From Myxococcota bacterium (GTDB lineage Bacteria > Myxococcota_A > UBA9160 > UBA6930): a DNA stretch of 64,000 nt. The stretch spans positions 1,056,001 through 1,120,000 of the forward strand of contig OZ245015.1 of NCBI GenBank assembly GCA_965223705.1. The letters are read 5' to 3'. The first letter of the stretch is position 1, and each line of letters starts with the position of its first letter. Of this stretch, positions 1 through 9,757 are shown piece after piece. Position numbers and translations under genes: made by a program. The notes under the pieces are model-generated. The model searched no databases. It was not told the origin of the DNA and saw only the letters and a program-made list of their open reading frames with translations.

Positions 1-206
1 TCGAGACGGAGATGCGCGTACTCGACGCGATCGCCGCAGCTGGCGGCTTCGGCCCGTTTGCCAACAAGAAGAAAGTGCGCGTCCTCCGGCGAGACAACGG
101 CAAGGAGATTGAATACCGATTCAACTACTCTGCGTACCTGAGTGGCAAATCGCCCGAGTCGAACCTCCTCTTGAAACCCGGCGATACTATCGTCGTGCCG
201 GACTAG
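1..206 (+). CDS. Polysaccharide export (OPX/Wza-family) protein, SLBB domain, 5'-truncated by window edge
   Basis: RVLDAIAAAGGF...VRVLR...NLLLKPGDTIVVP is the SLBB/OPX C-terminal signature; the protein ends without the Wza D4 helix. Confidence 0.85.
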   Translation, partial: ETEMRVLDAIAAAGGFGPFANKKKVRVLRRDNGKEIEYRFNYSAYLSGKSPESNLLLKPGDTIVVPD

Positions 207-208
207 CC

Positions 209-1705
209 ATGAAATTTTTGCTTTTTCGTTCTCTCGCGTTGATTTTGGTCGCCGGTGTATTAGGTGCGAAGGATTCGGTCGCCGCCGACTTACTGTTCGA
301 ACCCGAGCTGTCCGTCGAATTCGACGACAACGTGTTCTCGAGTTCAGACGACGAGTTCACCGATGTGTTGTATCGCGCGCGTCCGCGGGTTCGCGTCGAG
401 GACGAAGATGGGTCCTTTCAGTTCGCTTTTCGCTACGAACCTTCCTTTGAAGCATTCGCGCGTGCCGATGGTATTTCAAACTGGGAGCATACTCTGCGCT
501 GGACGGGCGAGTGGCGCGTTAGTCCCCGTACGATTCTAACGTTTGACGATCGCTTCGATCGACTGACCTCTGCTGGACGCTTCAACGAGTTATCAACGGA
601 CGCCGACGGTGAGCCCGCGACTGACGAAGTTTTCGGACGCCGGCGCTACAAGAGGAACTCAGCGAATCTAGCGCTAGAGCACCAGCTTCGGCCGAACCAC
701 TTCGTCTCAGTCAATGCCGGTCACTTCTACCAAGACTACGGCAGCGACAATCTTGGGACATTGGAGTCGATTTCTGCCGGCCTTCAATACCAGTACGTCC
801 TCAGCCGGTCGGATCGTTTGGGTCTTGGTGTGTCGTTCACGAACCAGGAGTTCGAGGACTTTGGTTTTCAGGACGACTCAGAAACTGACTTCTACTACCT
901 GTTCGGCTCGTGGACTCACGAGTTTGATCCAACTCTGACGCTCTCGCTTTCGGCTGGGCCGACTCTTGTGAAAACTGACTCTCCCGGTAGTCAGTCGACG
1001 ACCTTTGCAAATCAGCTCGACACCCCCGTGGTGTTCGATGGGTCAAGCTTTCGTTTCGTTGATCTAGGGACCTGTGACGTCGAGGGCGGTGTGCCGATCT
1101 TAAGTGGATGCTCACCGGTCGGCCCTGCGCTGTCGCAAGCTGTCGTCGATTCCTTGCCTCGCGGTCCTCTGGCACTGCTTGGGGCCCCGTCAGACCCAGA
1201 CGATACGGACGTTACCTTCTTCGCGAATGGCTCACTCACGAAGCGCTGGGGAGCCCAATGGACCACTCATTTCAGCTATCGCCGGCAAGCAAGTTCGTCA
1301 TCACAATTCGGTACCAGTACCGTTTCTGACACTTTCAGGGCAGCCGCGGTTTGGATCCCCTCACCGCGCTGGCAAGTTGATCTCGTCGGGGTTTACTTTA
1401 ATCGCGAGCAGTCCAGTGAATCCCAGATTCTCGTCACGGCTTTGGGTCCTTCCGGAACTTTCGTTCCGCCGATCGCAGACTCTGTGGGGATTGTCGCGGT
1501 CGAAACCGATAACGGCATCGATACAGACCAGTGGCACGTCAACGTGATGGTCCAACATCGATGGAATCGGCGCTTGACTCTTTTTGGGCGGCTTTTCTAC
1601 GTCGAAGACGAGGAAGATGGTGATCTTGGATTCGGCCGAGAAACAGAGCGATTTCGAGCATTTCTCGGGGTCCGTTACACGTTCGAGAGATTTCATCTCT
1701 ACTAA
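209..1705 (+). CDS. Outer-membrane beta-barrel protein associated with polysaccharide export (EpsX/Wzp-like)
   Basis: Signal peptide, (F/Y)DDNV motif near the N-terminus, amphipathic strands, terminal strand RAFLGVRYTF; lies between OPX and co-polymerase genes. Confidence 0.7.
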   Translation: MKFLLFRSLALILVAGVLGAKDSVAADLLFEPELSVEFDDNVFSSSDDEFTDVLYRARPRVRVEDEDGSFQFAFRYEPSFEAFARADGISNWEHTLRWTGEWRVSPRTILTFDDRFDRLTSAGRFNELSTDADGEPATDEVFGRRRYKRNSANLALEHQLRPNHFVSVNAGHFYQDYGSDNLGTLESISAGLQYQYVLSRSDRLGLGVSFTNQEFEDFGFQDDSETDFYYLFGSWTHEFDPTLTLSLSAGPTLVKTDSPGSQSTTFANQLDTPVVFDGSSFRFVDLGTCDVEGGVPILSGCSPVGPALSQAVVDSLPRGPLALLGAPSDPDDTDVTFFANGSLTKRWGAQWTTHFSYRRQASSSSQFGTSTVSDTFRAAAVWIPSPRWQVDLVGVYFNREQSSESQILVTALGPSGTFVPPIADSVGIVAVETDNGIDTDQWHVNVMVQHRWNRRLTLFGRLFYVEDEEDGDLGFGRETERFRAFLGVRYTFERFHLY

Positions 1706-1737
1706 GAGCCAGTAGACGCGGGGCAAGAGAGGAAAAC

Positions 1738-3345
1738 GTGGAAACTGAGCAGGGTCTCGCACTCCCCGATATCCGGGCAATCGTAAAGCGGCGCTGGGCA
1801 GTCGCCGGTTGGATCTTGCTCTGTACAACGCTCGGTGCGGTTCTCCTGGCGGCGCTTCTGCCGAATCGTTTTGAGAGCTCGAGCATGCTCTTGATTGAAC
1901 CGCAAACGATCTCTAGACGACTAATCGAAGCCGGGCTGGAAGAGAGCGACGTCAACAACAGGCTGCATCTAATGACAGCCGAGATCCTCTCTCGCTCTCG
2001 ACTATCTCGAGTCATTGATGATCTCGAACTCTACGCGGAAGAATCCGAACGGCTCACCCGTGAAGAAGTGATCGCGCTCATGCGCGAGGATATCCGTGTC
2101 GAGCCTGTTCTTCCGGAGATGGATCCAGCGTTCGGCCGTCGTCGAGACTTCGAAATCAGTACGTTTCGAATCTTTTTTCAAGCGGAACGTGCGAAAACAG
2201 CGGCCGCCGTGGCGAACCGGCTCGCATCGGACTTTGTAGACGAACACCTCAAAGAGCGGGTCGAACTATCGGAGGACACGACCGAGTTCGTAACCCGGGA
2301 GCTCAGTCGACTGACAACGCGCATTCGCGGGCTGGAAGATCAGATCGCGTCGATTAAAGCCGACAATCCAGGGCGCCTACCCGAGGACCTGAACTCGAAC
2401 CAGCGACTGTTGGAACGCTCTGTCGAAAATCTTCGCCTAGCGCGTAGGGACTTGGAGGTTGCCCAAAGCGACGAAGCTTTTTACCGCCAACAGGCCTTGT
2501 CAGGCTCAAGTATTCGCTCTTACGTCGACGAGTCGAGTCCATCCCGACGACTTCAGCTCCTCGAACTGCAGTTGGGTGAGTATCGATCCCGGGGATTCAC
2601 AGACAAACACCCGGATATCATCGCTACGGAACAGGAGATCGCGGCACTTAAGGAGGAGGTTGGAACGACTGAGGACGGCAAGGCTTTGTCCCCGATCCAA
2701 GCGAACGCCGAGGCGGAGGCGAATCGGGCATCAATCCGCGCGGCAGCCGCCCGCCAAGACATCGCGCGCCTGGAGTCGCAGATCGCTGAATACGAGAAGC
2801 GAATCGCGCTGACTCCACGGGTCGCCGAGAGACTCGCGTCACTCGAGCGTGAGCGCGACCACCTCGCCGAGAGCTACCGCGATTTTTCGGCCCGGCAACT
2901 CGAGGCTGAAGTCGCTAAGGAGATGGAACTCGGACAGAAGGGTGAGCAATTCAGAATCCTTGAAGAGGCTGTTGCTCCGCCGGAACCCGCATCTCCGAAC
3001 CGCCCATTGATTATCATTCTGGGTGTCTTTTTGGGTGTAGCCGCTGGGGCAGGTGCAACTTTACTTCTTGAAGCTACAGATAGCTCTTTCCACGGTCCGC
3101 ACGATTTGCAAGCCGACCTCAAGATCCCGGTCCTCGCTTCAATCCCGGCGATTGAGCTCGAGTCCGACATGATCTCGAACCGCCGCCGGCGAATAAAGCA
3201 CGCGTTCGCCGCCGCCGCCCTCGTCGCGATCGTGCTCACAGCCTCTATCGCCGGCAACTGGTACGTCAACGGCGTCCCCGGTTGGGTGAGCGCACTCACC
3301 CAGGGTGGTGCGCAAGAGACCGCTGCGTTGATCGGGGAGAGCTAG
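1738..3345 (+). CDS. Polysaccharide co-polymerase / chain-length determinant (Wzc/GumC N-terminal part)
   Basis: N-terminal TM, long coiled coil, FTDKHPDI, Pro-rich PPEPASPNRP before the second TM; no fused kinase. Confidence 0.9.
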   Translation: METEQGLALPDIRAIVKRRWAVAGWILLCTTLGAVLLAALLPNRFESSSMLLIEPQTISRRLIEAGLEESDVNNRLHLMTAEILSRSRLSRVIDDLELYAEESERLTREEVIALMREDIRVEPVLPEMDPAFGRRRDFEISTFRIFFQAERAKTAAAVANRLASDFVDEHLKERVELSEDTTEFVTRELSRLTTRIRGLEDQIASIKADNPGRLPEDLNSNQRLLERSVENLRLARRDLEVAQSDEAFYRQQALSGSSIRSYVDESSPSRRLQLLELQLGEYRSRGFTDKHPDIIATEQEIAALKEEVGTTEDGKALSPIQANAEAEANRASIRAAAARQDIARLESQIAEYEKRIALTPRVAERLASLERERDHLAESYRDFSARQLEAEVAKEMELGQKGEQFRILEEAVAPPEPASPNRPLIIILGVFLGVAAGAGATLLLEATDSSFHGPHDLQADLKIPVLASIPAIELESDMISNRRRRIKHAFAAAALVAIVLTASIAGNWYVNGVPGWVSALTQGGAQETAALIGES

Positions 3346-3347
3346 CG

Positions 3348-4259
3348 GTGTACGAGGAGTTCTACGGGCTGGTTCGCCCCCCCTTCGAGATGACGCCGGA
3401 TCCGGGGTTTCTCGTGATGGGCGACGTGCACCGGGAAGGACTCGCGACTCTCGTCTACGGCGTGCGCGCACGCAAAGGCTTCGTCTTGCTGACCGGCGAG
3501 GTCGGTACCGGCAAGACGACGCTCCTACACGCTCTGCTCGGCCAGCTCGATCAGGACACCGCTTCGGCGTTTATCTTCAACCCGCGACTCGAGCCGCTCG
3601 ATTTCTTCCGGATGGTGTTCGACGAGTACGGGCTCGAGGACAAGTGCGAGACGAAGGCGGAATACCTCCTCGCGCTGAACCGTTTCTTGATCTCGCGTCT
3701 CGAGCAGAACCTGGGGACGCTCCTCATCATCGACGAGGCGCAGAACTTGTCGCCCGAGATGCTCGAGGAGGTGCGGCTGCTTTCGAACCTCGAGACGCCG
3801 CACTCGAAGCTGATCCAGATCATGCTCGTCGGGCAGCCGGAGCTTTGGCAGATCCTGGCGCGGCCGGACCTTCGGCAGCTTCGTCAGCGCATCGTGTTGC
3901 GTCACGATTTGAAGGCATTCAACCTCGAGGAGACGCAAAACTATGTCGATGAGCGCCTCCGTCTGGCAGGCTACACAGGCAAAGGGTTGTTCAAGCGGTC
4001 GGCGCTCAAGGCGATTCAGGAAGCGAGCGGGGGGATTCCCCGTCTCATCAACGCGATTTGCGACAGCGCGCTGCTCTTGGGGTTTGCCCGCGAAGAATTG
4101 ACGCTCGGGTCCGGGGCCATCGCCGAGGTCGTCGCCGATTTGGGGATCAGCGCCTCGGGTGAGCCGGCTCTCGAGCCGCCGCCGGCAACTCCGAGCGGAA
4201 CAGCGCGTAAAGAGCGCAAACGAGGCTTCAACTTCTTCCGCTCAAGGCGCAAGGGCTAG
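3348..4259 (+). CDS. ExeA/GspA-family AAA ATPase
   Basis: GTG start giving MYEEFYGL..PF..TPDP; Walker A GEVGTGKT, Walker B LIIDEAQ, GQPEL, SGGIPRLIN. Confidence 0.9.
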   Translation: MYEEFYGLVRPPFEMTPDPGFLVMGDVHREGLATLVYGVRARKGFVLLTGEVGTGKTTLLHALLGQLDQDTASAFIFNPRLEPLDFFRMVFDEYGLEDKCETKAEYLLALNRFLISRLEQNLGTLLIIDEAQNLSPEMLEEVRLLSNLETPHSKLIQIMLVGQPELWQILARPDLRQLRQRIVLRHDLKAFNLEETQNYVDERLRLAGYTGKGLFKRSALKAIQEASGGIPRLINAICDSALLLGFAREELTLGSGAIAEVVADLGISASGEPALEPPPATPSGTARKERKRGFNFFRSRRKG

Positions 4260-4278
4260 ACACCCGAAACGGGGTCCT

Positions 4279-5169
4279 ATGGGCAAGGTCTACGAAGCAC
4301 TGAAGCGCGCCGAGGAGCAGCGCAGCAAGCTGCGCGCGAATCGTGCGGGCGGTGCGGCGGAGGCCCTCTCGCCGGCACACGAGCGCGAACTGCCGCCGCT
4401 CGAGCCGGAGCGGCCGGGCGGTGCGGCGCCAGCGAAGACCGAGAAGGCGGGTAAGGGGCATCTCTCTCGACCCGATCGAAGCGAGCAGCGCCTCTCGGAA
4501 GAAACGGGGGCGCTCAACAAGCGCCGCATTTCTCTGCTGCATCCCGACAGCTTCGTGGCCGAGCAGTTTCGGAGCTTGCGTACGCGTCTCGAATCGATCG
4601 CGGCACAGCAGCCGCTCCGCACCATCGCGGTGACGAGCGCGTTGCCGGCCGAGGGCAAGACGACGTCCGCCGTCAACCTCGCGTTGGTGACGGCCATGAG
4701 CCTCAAGTCGCGCGTCATTCTGGTGGATTGCGATTTGCGCGAGCCGACGGTCCATCGTTCGCTCGGCATTCACGCGCGGGTCGGCCTCGGCGAAGTGCTT
4801 TCGGAAAGCGCGGAAATCAACGACGCGGTGACGCGGGTCTATGACACGGGCCTCGACGTGATGCCGGTGGCGAACCGCCCGCCGAACCCTTCGGAGCTCC
4901 TCTCCTCGGGACGCATGCACGACATCCTCGAGCAGCTCGCGGCGAGCTACGACCGCGTGATCCTCGACGTGCCGCCGACGCTGGGCCTTCCCGACGCGAA
5001 AGTCATCAGCGAGCTCTGTGACGGCGTCGTCTTTGTGGTGCGGGCCGACGAAACGCCCCGCGAAGAGGTGCGGGCGGCACTCGAAATTCTCGATCGACGA
5101 CGGGTACTGGGCTTGGTGCTGAACTGGACGCGCACGAAGCCGGATCACTACGGCTACTACGGGCGGTAG
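4279..5169 (+). CDS. Bacterial tyrosine (BY) kinase, CpsD/CapB family
   Basis: AEQFRSLRT, Walker A EGKTT, LVDCDLR, NPSELL, DVPP, Tyr-rich tail HYGYY; start placed at ATG 4279. Confidence 0.9.
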   Translation: MGKVYEALKRAEEQRSKLRANRAGGAAEALSPAHERELPPLEPERPGGAAPAKTEKAGKGHLSRPDRSEQRLSEETGALNKRRISLLHPDSFVAEQFRSLRTRLESIAAQQPLRTIAVTSALPAEGKTTSAVNLALVTAMSLKSRVILVDCDLREPTVHRSLGIHARVGLGEVLSESAEINDAVTRVYDTGLDVMPVANRPPNPSELLSSGRMHDILEQLAASYDRVILDVPPTLGLPDAKVISELCDGVVFVVRADETPREEVRAALEILDRRRVLGLVLNWTRTKPDHYGYYGR

Positions 5170-5177
5170 GAGCTCCG

Positions 5178-6284
5178 TTGAGTCCCTGGATCGGAATCGC
5201 TGCGCTCGCGGTCGCGGGGCTCGTCGCCGCTGTTGCGACGCCACTTGTGATGCGCGCGGCGCGGGTCATCGGCGCCGTCGACAAACCCAACGAACGCAAG
5301 GTCAGCCGCCGCGACGGAATGCCTCTCCTCGGCGGGCTAGCCGTTGCGTGCGGGTTCTTCGTGGCGGTCTCGATGATCGTTCTCTTCGCCGAGAAGGGCG
5401 AGCTCGCGAGCCACGTCGAGGCCTACATCCTGGGCGGCATCATCCTGCTGGGGATCGGCGTCTGGGACGACCGCTTCAGCTTGAACGCGTTCGAGAAGAT
5501 CGGCCCTCAGGTGGTCGCGGCGTTGATCGCGATCGCACTGGACTTCCGCATCGATCACTTGACCGACCCGTTCAGCCGCGCGATCTGGGCGTTCCCGGAT
5601 TGGCTGACGTGGATCGTGACACTGGTGTGGATCGTCGGCGTGACGAACGCGTTCAACTTGATCGACGGGCTCGACGGTCTCGCCACGGGGGTCGGGGCGA
5701 TCATTTGCGCGACGCTCGCGCTGATTGCGTTCCAGGCGAACCAGATGACGGCCGTGTTGGTCGGGCTCGCGCTCTTCGGCGCTTTGCTGGGCTTCCTCCC
5801 GTTCAACTTCTCTCCGGCGAGAATTTTTCTCGGCGATACGGGCTCGCTCTTCATCGGCTACACCCTGGCGCTCCTCTCCCTCGAGTCGTACGCGAAAGCG
5901 ACGGTCCTGACGTTCCTCGTCCCGCTCCTGGTGCTGGCCGTGCCGATCATCGATACGGGCATGTCCATCGCGCGCCGCGTGCGGCAGAAGCGGCCGATCT
6001 TTTCCGCCGATCGCCTGCACATGCACCACCGCCTGCTCGAATCCGAGGGAACCCATCGCCGCGCAGTGCTCTCGCTGTATTTCCTCACCGCGTGCTTCTG
6101 CATCATCGCGATCTCCTTTACGCGCCTCGAGGGGTGGGCCGCGCTCGTCTTCCTGGGGCTGGTCGTGCTGCTGACGCTCCGTCTCCTTCGCAACTTGGGC
6201 TTCTTCGAGCTGCCGGACAAACCCGCATCCGCCGCGCCCGGGGAAGAAGCGGACACTCCGGCGCATCCCGCAAAGCCTCGTTAG
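5178..6284 (+). CDS. wecA: Undecaprenyl-phosphate alpha-GlcNAc-1-phosphate transferase (WecA/TagO, glycosyltransferase family 4)
   Basis: GVWDD, NAFNLIDGLDG, IFLGDTGS, ADRLHMHH; multiple TM helices. Confidence 0.88.
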   Translation: MSPWIGIAALAVAGLVAAVATPLVMRAARVIGAVDKPNERKVSRRDGMPLLGGLAVACGFFVAVSMIVLFAEKGELASHVEAYILGGIILLGIGVWDDRFSLNAFEKIGPQVVAALIAIALDFRIDHLTDPFSRAIWAFPDWLTWIVTLVWIVGVTNAFNLIDGLDGLATGVGAIICATLALIAFQANQMTAVLVGLALFGALLGFLPFNFSPARIFLGDTGSLFIGYTLALLSLESYAKATVLTFLVPLLVLAVPIIDTGMSIARRVRQKRPIFSADRLHMHHRLLESEGTHRRAVLSLYFLTACFCIIAISFTRLEGWAALVFLGLVVLLTLRLLRNLGFFELPDKPASAAPGEEADTPAHPAKPR

Positions 6285-6293
6285 ATTCACGCG

Positions 6294-7295
6294 ATGGGAG
6301 AGGCAGGCCGCGCGCTGATCACCGGCATCACCGGGCAAGACGGGTCGTATCTCGCCGATCTCCTCCTCGACAAGGGCTACGAGGTCCACGGCATCGTGCG
6401 GCGCTCGAGCACCGAGAGCTTCGAGCGCATCGCGCACCTCGACGGGGCGCTCGATCGCGGCGACCTGACGCTCCATCAAGCCGACCTCCTCGACGAGAGT
6501 TCGCTGGTGCGGGTGCTGAAGCGCGTCTCGCCGGGTGAGGTCTATAACCTCGCTGCACAGTCGTTCGTTCCGACGTCGTGGGAAGAACCGTCGCTCACGG
6601 GGGAGTTCACGGCGCTCGGGGTGACCCGCATGCTCGAGGCGATCCGCTTCGTCGACCCGGACGTGCGCTTCTACCAGGCATCGAGCTCGGAGATGTTCGG
6701 CAACGTCAGCGAGACGCCGCAGCACGAAGGCACGCCGTTCTACCCGCGCAGCCCGTACGGCGTGGCGAAGGTCTACGGTCACCACATCACGGTCAACTAC
6801 CGCGAGAGCTTCGGGCTCTTCGCCGTCTCCGGCATCCTCTTCAACCACGAATCGCCGCGGCGCGGCCGAGAGTTCGTGACCCGCAAGATCAGCGAAGGGG
6901 TGGCCAAGGTCGCACTCGGCTTGGCGGATCATCTCGCACTCGGCAATCTCGATGCCCGGCGCGATTGGGGCTACGCGCCGGAATACGTCGACGCGATGTG
7001 GCGGATGCTGCGGCACGCGAAGCCCGACAACTTCGTCGTCGGCACCGGCGAGCAGCACTCACCGCGAGAGTTCGTCGAGATCGCCGCGGCTCACGTCGGG
7101 CTCGATCCCGCGGATTTCGTGCGGACCGACCCCAGCCTGATGCGCCCGGCCGAAGTCGATAGCCTGCTCGCAAACCCGGCGAAGGCCGATCGCGAGCTCG
7201 GCTGGAAGCCCACCACGAGCTTTCCCGACCTCGTGCGGATCATGGTCGAGGCCGATCTCGAGGCGCTCGAACGACAAACTGGCCGCCGCCGCTAG
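6294..7295 (+). CDS. gmd: GDP-mannose 4,6-dehydratase
   Basis: ALITGITGQDGSYLA, YQASSSEMFG, YPRSPYGVAK, FNHESPRRG, RDWGYA. Confidence 0.97.
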   Translation: MGEAGRALITGITGQDGSYLADLLLDKGYEVHGIVRRSSTESFERIAHLDGALDRGDLTLHQADLLDESSLVRVLKRVSPGEVYNLAAQSFVPTSWEEPSLTGEFTALGVTRMLEAIRFVDPDVRFYQASSSEMFGNVSETPQHEGTPFYPRSPYGVAKVYGHHITVNYRESFGLFAVSGILFNHESPRRGREFVTRKISEGVAKVALGLADHLALGNLDARRDWGYAPEYVDAMWRMLRHAKPDNFVVGTGEQHSPREFVEIAAAHVGLDPADFVRTDPSLMRPAEVDSLLANPAKADRELGWKPTTSFPDLVRIMVEADLEALERQTGRRR

Positions 7296-7406
7296 TTTCG
7301 ATAAAAAGACCCATCGCGACATGCATCGCGTCGAATTTGCCACGCGAACGCGCGTCCAACGACTCAAGCGCCGCGCCGGGAAGGCCGACGAACACCGAGG
7401 GGGGAC

Positions 7407-8399
7407 GTGCGCACCGTGCCGAATCCGGATTCCGGGACACATCGATACCGAACTGCACTGGTGACCGGCGGGGCCGGCTTTATCGGCAGCCACATCGTGG
7501 ATCGGCTCCTGGCCGAGAGGCTCGCCGTCCGCGTCCTGGACGATTTTTCGAGCGGGCGGGAAGAAAACCTCGCCCGCTCGCGAAGCCGGATCGAGCTCTT
7601 TCGCGGGGATCTCCGCGATGAGGCCTTGCTGACCCGCGCCATCGAGGGGTGCGACGTCGTGTTTCACGAAGCGGCGGTTCCTTCGGTGCCGCGAAGCGTC
7701 GAAGAGCCGCTGCGCACGAACAGCGTCAACGTAAATGGGACCCTGTCGCTCCTTGAAACCGCGCGTCACGCAGGCGTGTCGCGGGTGGTCTTCGCGGCGA
7801 GCTCTTCCGCATACGGCGATACGTCGGAGCTCCCGAAGCGCGAGTCGATGCCGCCGACGCCGCTCTCGCCCTACGCGCTGCAAAAGTTCGCCGGCGAAGC
7901 GTACTGCCGGCTCTACACCGAGCTCTACGGGCTCGAAACCGTCGCGCTCCGCTACTTCAACGTGTACGGCCCGCGGCAGAACCCGGAGAGCGAGTACGCC
8001 GCGGTGATTCCGAAGTTCGCGGTGGCCGCGATCGAGGGAAAATCGCCCATCGTCTACGGCGACGGCGGCCAGACTCGGGATTTCACGTACGTCGCCGACG
8101 CTGTCGAAGCGAACTGGCTCGCCGCGACGGCGCCCGGCGCACCCGGGCGCGTGCTGAATGTCGCCAGCGGTCGGCGCACGAGCTTGAACGAGCTGCTCCA
8201 CAAAATCGCTGAAATCGTCGGCTCTGACGTTTCAGCGACCTACGCCGACGCGCGCGTCGGCGACGTTCGCGACAGCCTCGCGAGCCTCGATCTCGCGGAA
8301 CAACACTTGGGCTACCGTCCGGCGGTGTCCCTCGCAGAAGGCTTGCGAGAGACCGTGAACTACTTTCGGAAGGAGCGGGACGCGGCGCCTCAGGCGTAG
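7407..8399 (+). CDS. NAD-dependent sugar epimerase (WbpP-like UDP-GlcNAc 4-epimerase, SDR)
   Basis: TGGAGFIGSH, HEAAVPSVPRS, YxxxK (YALQK), RYFNVYGPRQ, YAAVIP. Confidence 0.9.
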   Translation: MRTVPNPDSGTHRYRTALVTGGAGFIGSHIVDRLLAERLAVRVLDDFSSGREENLARSRSRIELFRGDLRDEALLTRAIEGCDVVFHEAAVPSVPRSVEEPLRTNSVNVNGTLSLLETARHAGVSRVVFAASSSAYGDTSELPKRESMPPTPLSPYALQKFAGEAYCRLYTELYGLETVALRYFNVYGPRQNPESEYAAVIPKFAVAAIEGKSPIVYGDGGQTRDFTYVADAVEANWLAATAPGAPGRVLNVASGRRTSLNELLHKIAEIVGSDVSATYADARVGDVRDSLASLDLAEQHLGYRPAVSLAEGLRETVNYFRKERDAAPQA

Positions 8400-8435
8400 C
8401 GCAGCCTCGCTCGGGCTCCCTCGCGGAGGGGTTTT

Positions 8436-9749
8436 GTGAATATCTGTGTCGTCGGCACCGGGTACGTCGGTCTCGTCACCGGCGCGTGTTTCGCCGAATT
8501 TGGCGTCTCCGTCGTCTGCGCCGACAAGGATACCGGCAAGATCGAGGGCCTCGGCCGCGGTGAGATGCCGATCTTCGAGCCGGGGCTCGACGTCCTCGTC
8601 GAACGCAACGTGTCCCAGGGGCGCCTGGCCTTTACGACCGACACCGCGGAAGCGGTGCGCCAAGCGCTCGTCGTGTTCATCGCCGTCGGCACGCCGCCGC
8701 AGGACGACGGCGCCACCGACCTGCGGGCCGTCGAGGCCGTCGCGCGAGAGATCGGTCGATCGATGGACAGCTACAAGGTCGTCGTGACAAAGAGCACGGT
8801 GCCCGTCGGAACGTCCTACAAGGTCCGCGGCTGGATCGAGGAAGAGCTCGAGCGCGCCGGACGAGCGTGCGAGTTTTCGGTCGCCTCGAACCCCGAGTTC
8901 CTGCGCGAAGGCGCGGCGATCGGCGATTTCCAACGCCCGGATCGCGTCGTCATCGGCGCCGACGACGATGCGAGCATGGGCATCCTGAAAGATCTCTACC
9001 GCCCGCTGTTCTTGAACGAAACGCCTTTCGTCTTGACGAACATCCCGACGGCAGAGCTCACGAAGTACGCCGCGAACGCGTTCCTTGCGACGAAGATCTC
9101 CTTCATCAACGAAATCGCGAATCTCTGCGAGGCGGTGGGCGGCGACGTGCAGGCGGTCGCCCGTGGCATCGGGCTCGACGGGCGGATCGGCAAGAAGTTC
9201 CTCCACGCCGGGCCGGGCTTCGGCGGCTCGTGCTTCCCGAAAGACACGCTGTCCGCCGCTCACTTCGCACGCGAGGCCGGCGTCGAGTTGCAGATCGTCG
9301 AAGCGACGATCCGGGTCAACGCGGCGCAGCGCGAGCGCATGGTCGCGAAGATCGAGGCGGCGCTCGACGGAAGTGTTTCGGGTAAGCGCCTGTGTGTGCT
9401 CGGCTTGTCCTTCAAGCCCGAGACCGACGACGTGCGCGACGCCCCGGCGATCGATATCGCAAATCAGCTGGTTCGCCGCGGCGCGACGCTTCAGGTCTTC
9501 GACCCCGTGGCGATGGCGAACGCGGCAGAGCGCCTCGATCCCGACGTAGCGTTCTGCAAAGACGCGTACGAAGCCGCGATCGATTGCGATGCCGTCATCA
9601 TCGCGACGGAGTGGAACCAGTTCCGCATGCTCGATCTGGCGAGGCTCGGTGAGAAGATGCGCGAGCGCATCATGATCGATTTGCGCAACGTCTACGAACA
9701 CAACGTCGCGACCCGCGCCGGCTTCCAGTACCTGGGCGTCGGTCGCTGA
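8436..9749 (+). CDS. ugd: UDP-glucose 6-dehydrogenase
   Basis: GTGYVG, SNPEFLREG, GFGGSCFPKD, GLSFKPETDD. Confidence 0.95.
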   Translation: MNICVVGTGYVGLVTGACFAEFGVSVVCADKDTGKIEGLGRGEMPIFEPGLDVLVERNVSQGRLAFTTDTAEAVRQALVVFIAVGTPPQDDGATDLRAVEAVAREIGRSMDSYKVVVTKSTVPVGTSYKVRGWIEEELERAGRACEFSVASNPEFLREGAAIGDFQRPDRVVIGADDDASMGILKDLYRPLFLNETPFVLTNIPTAELTKYAANAFLATKISFINEIANLCEAVGGDVQAVARGIGLDGRIGKKFLHAGPGFGGSCFPKDTLSAAHFAREAGVELQIVEATIRVNAAQRERMVAKIEAALDGSVSGKRLCVLGLSFKPETDDVRDAPAIDIANQLVRRGATLQVFDPVAMANAAERLDPDVAFCKDAYEAAIDCDAVIIATEWNQFRMLDLARLGEKMRERIMIDLRNVYEHNVATRAGFQYLGVGR

Positions 9750-9757
9750 GCGAACGC

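Noticed and set aside
8415..8435. Intrinsic terminator before ugd
   Set aside because: Stem is only ~5 bp and overlaps the ugd SD and start; better explained as an RBS
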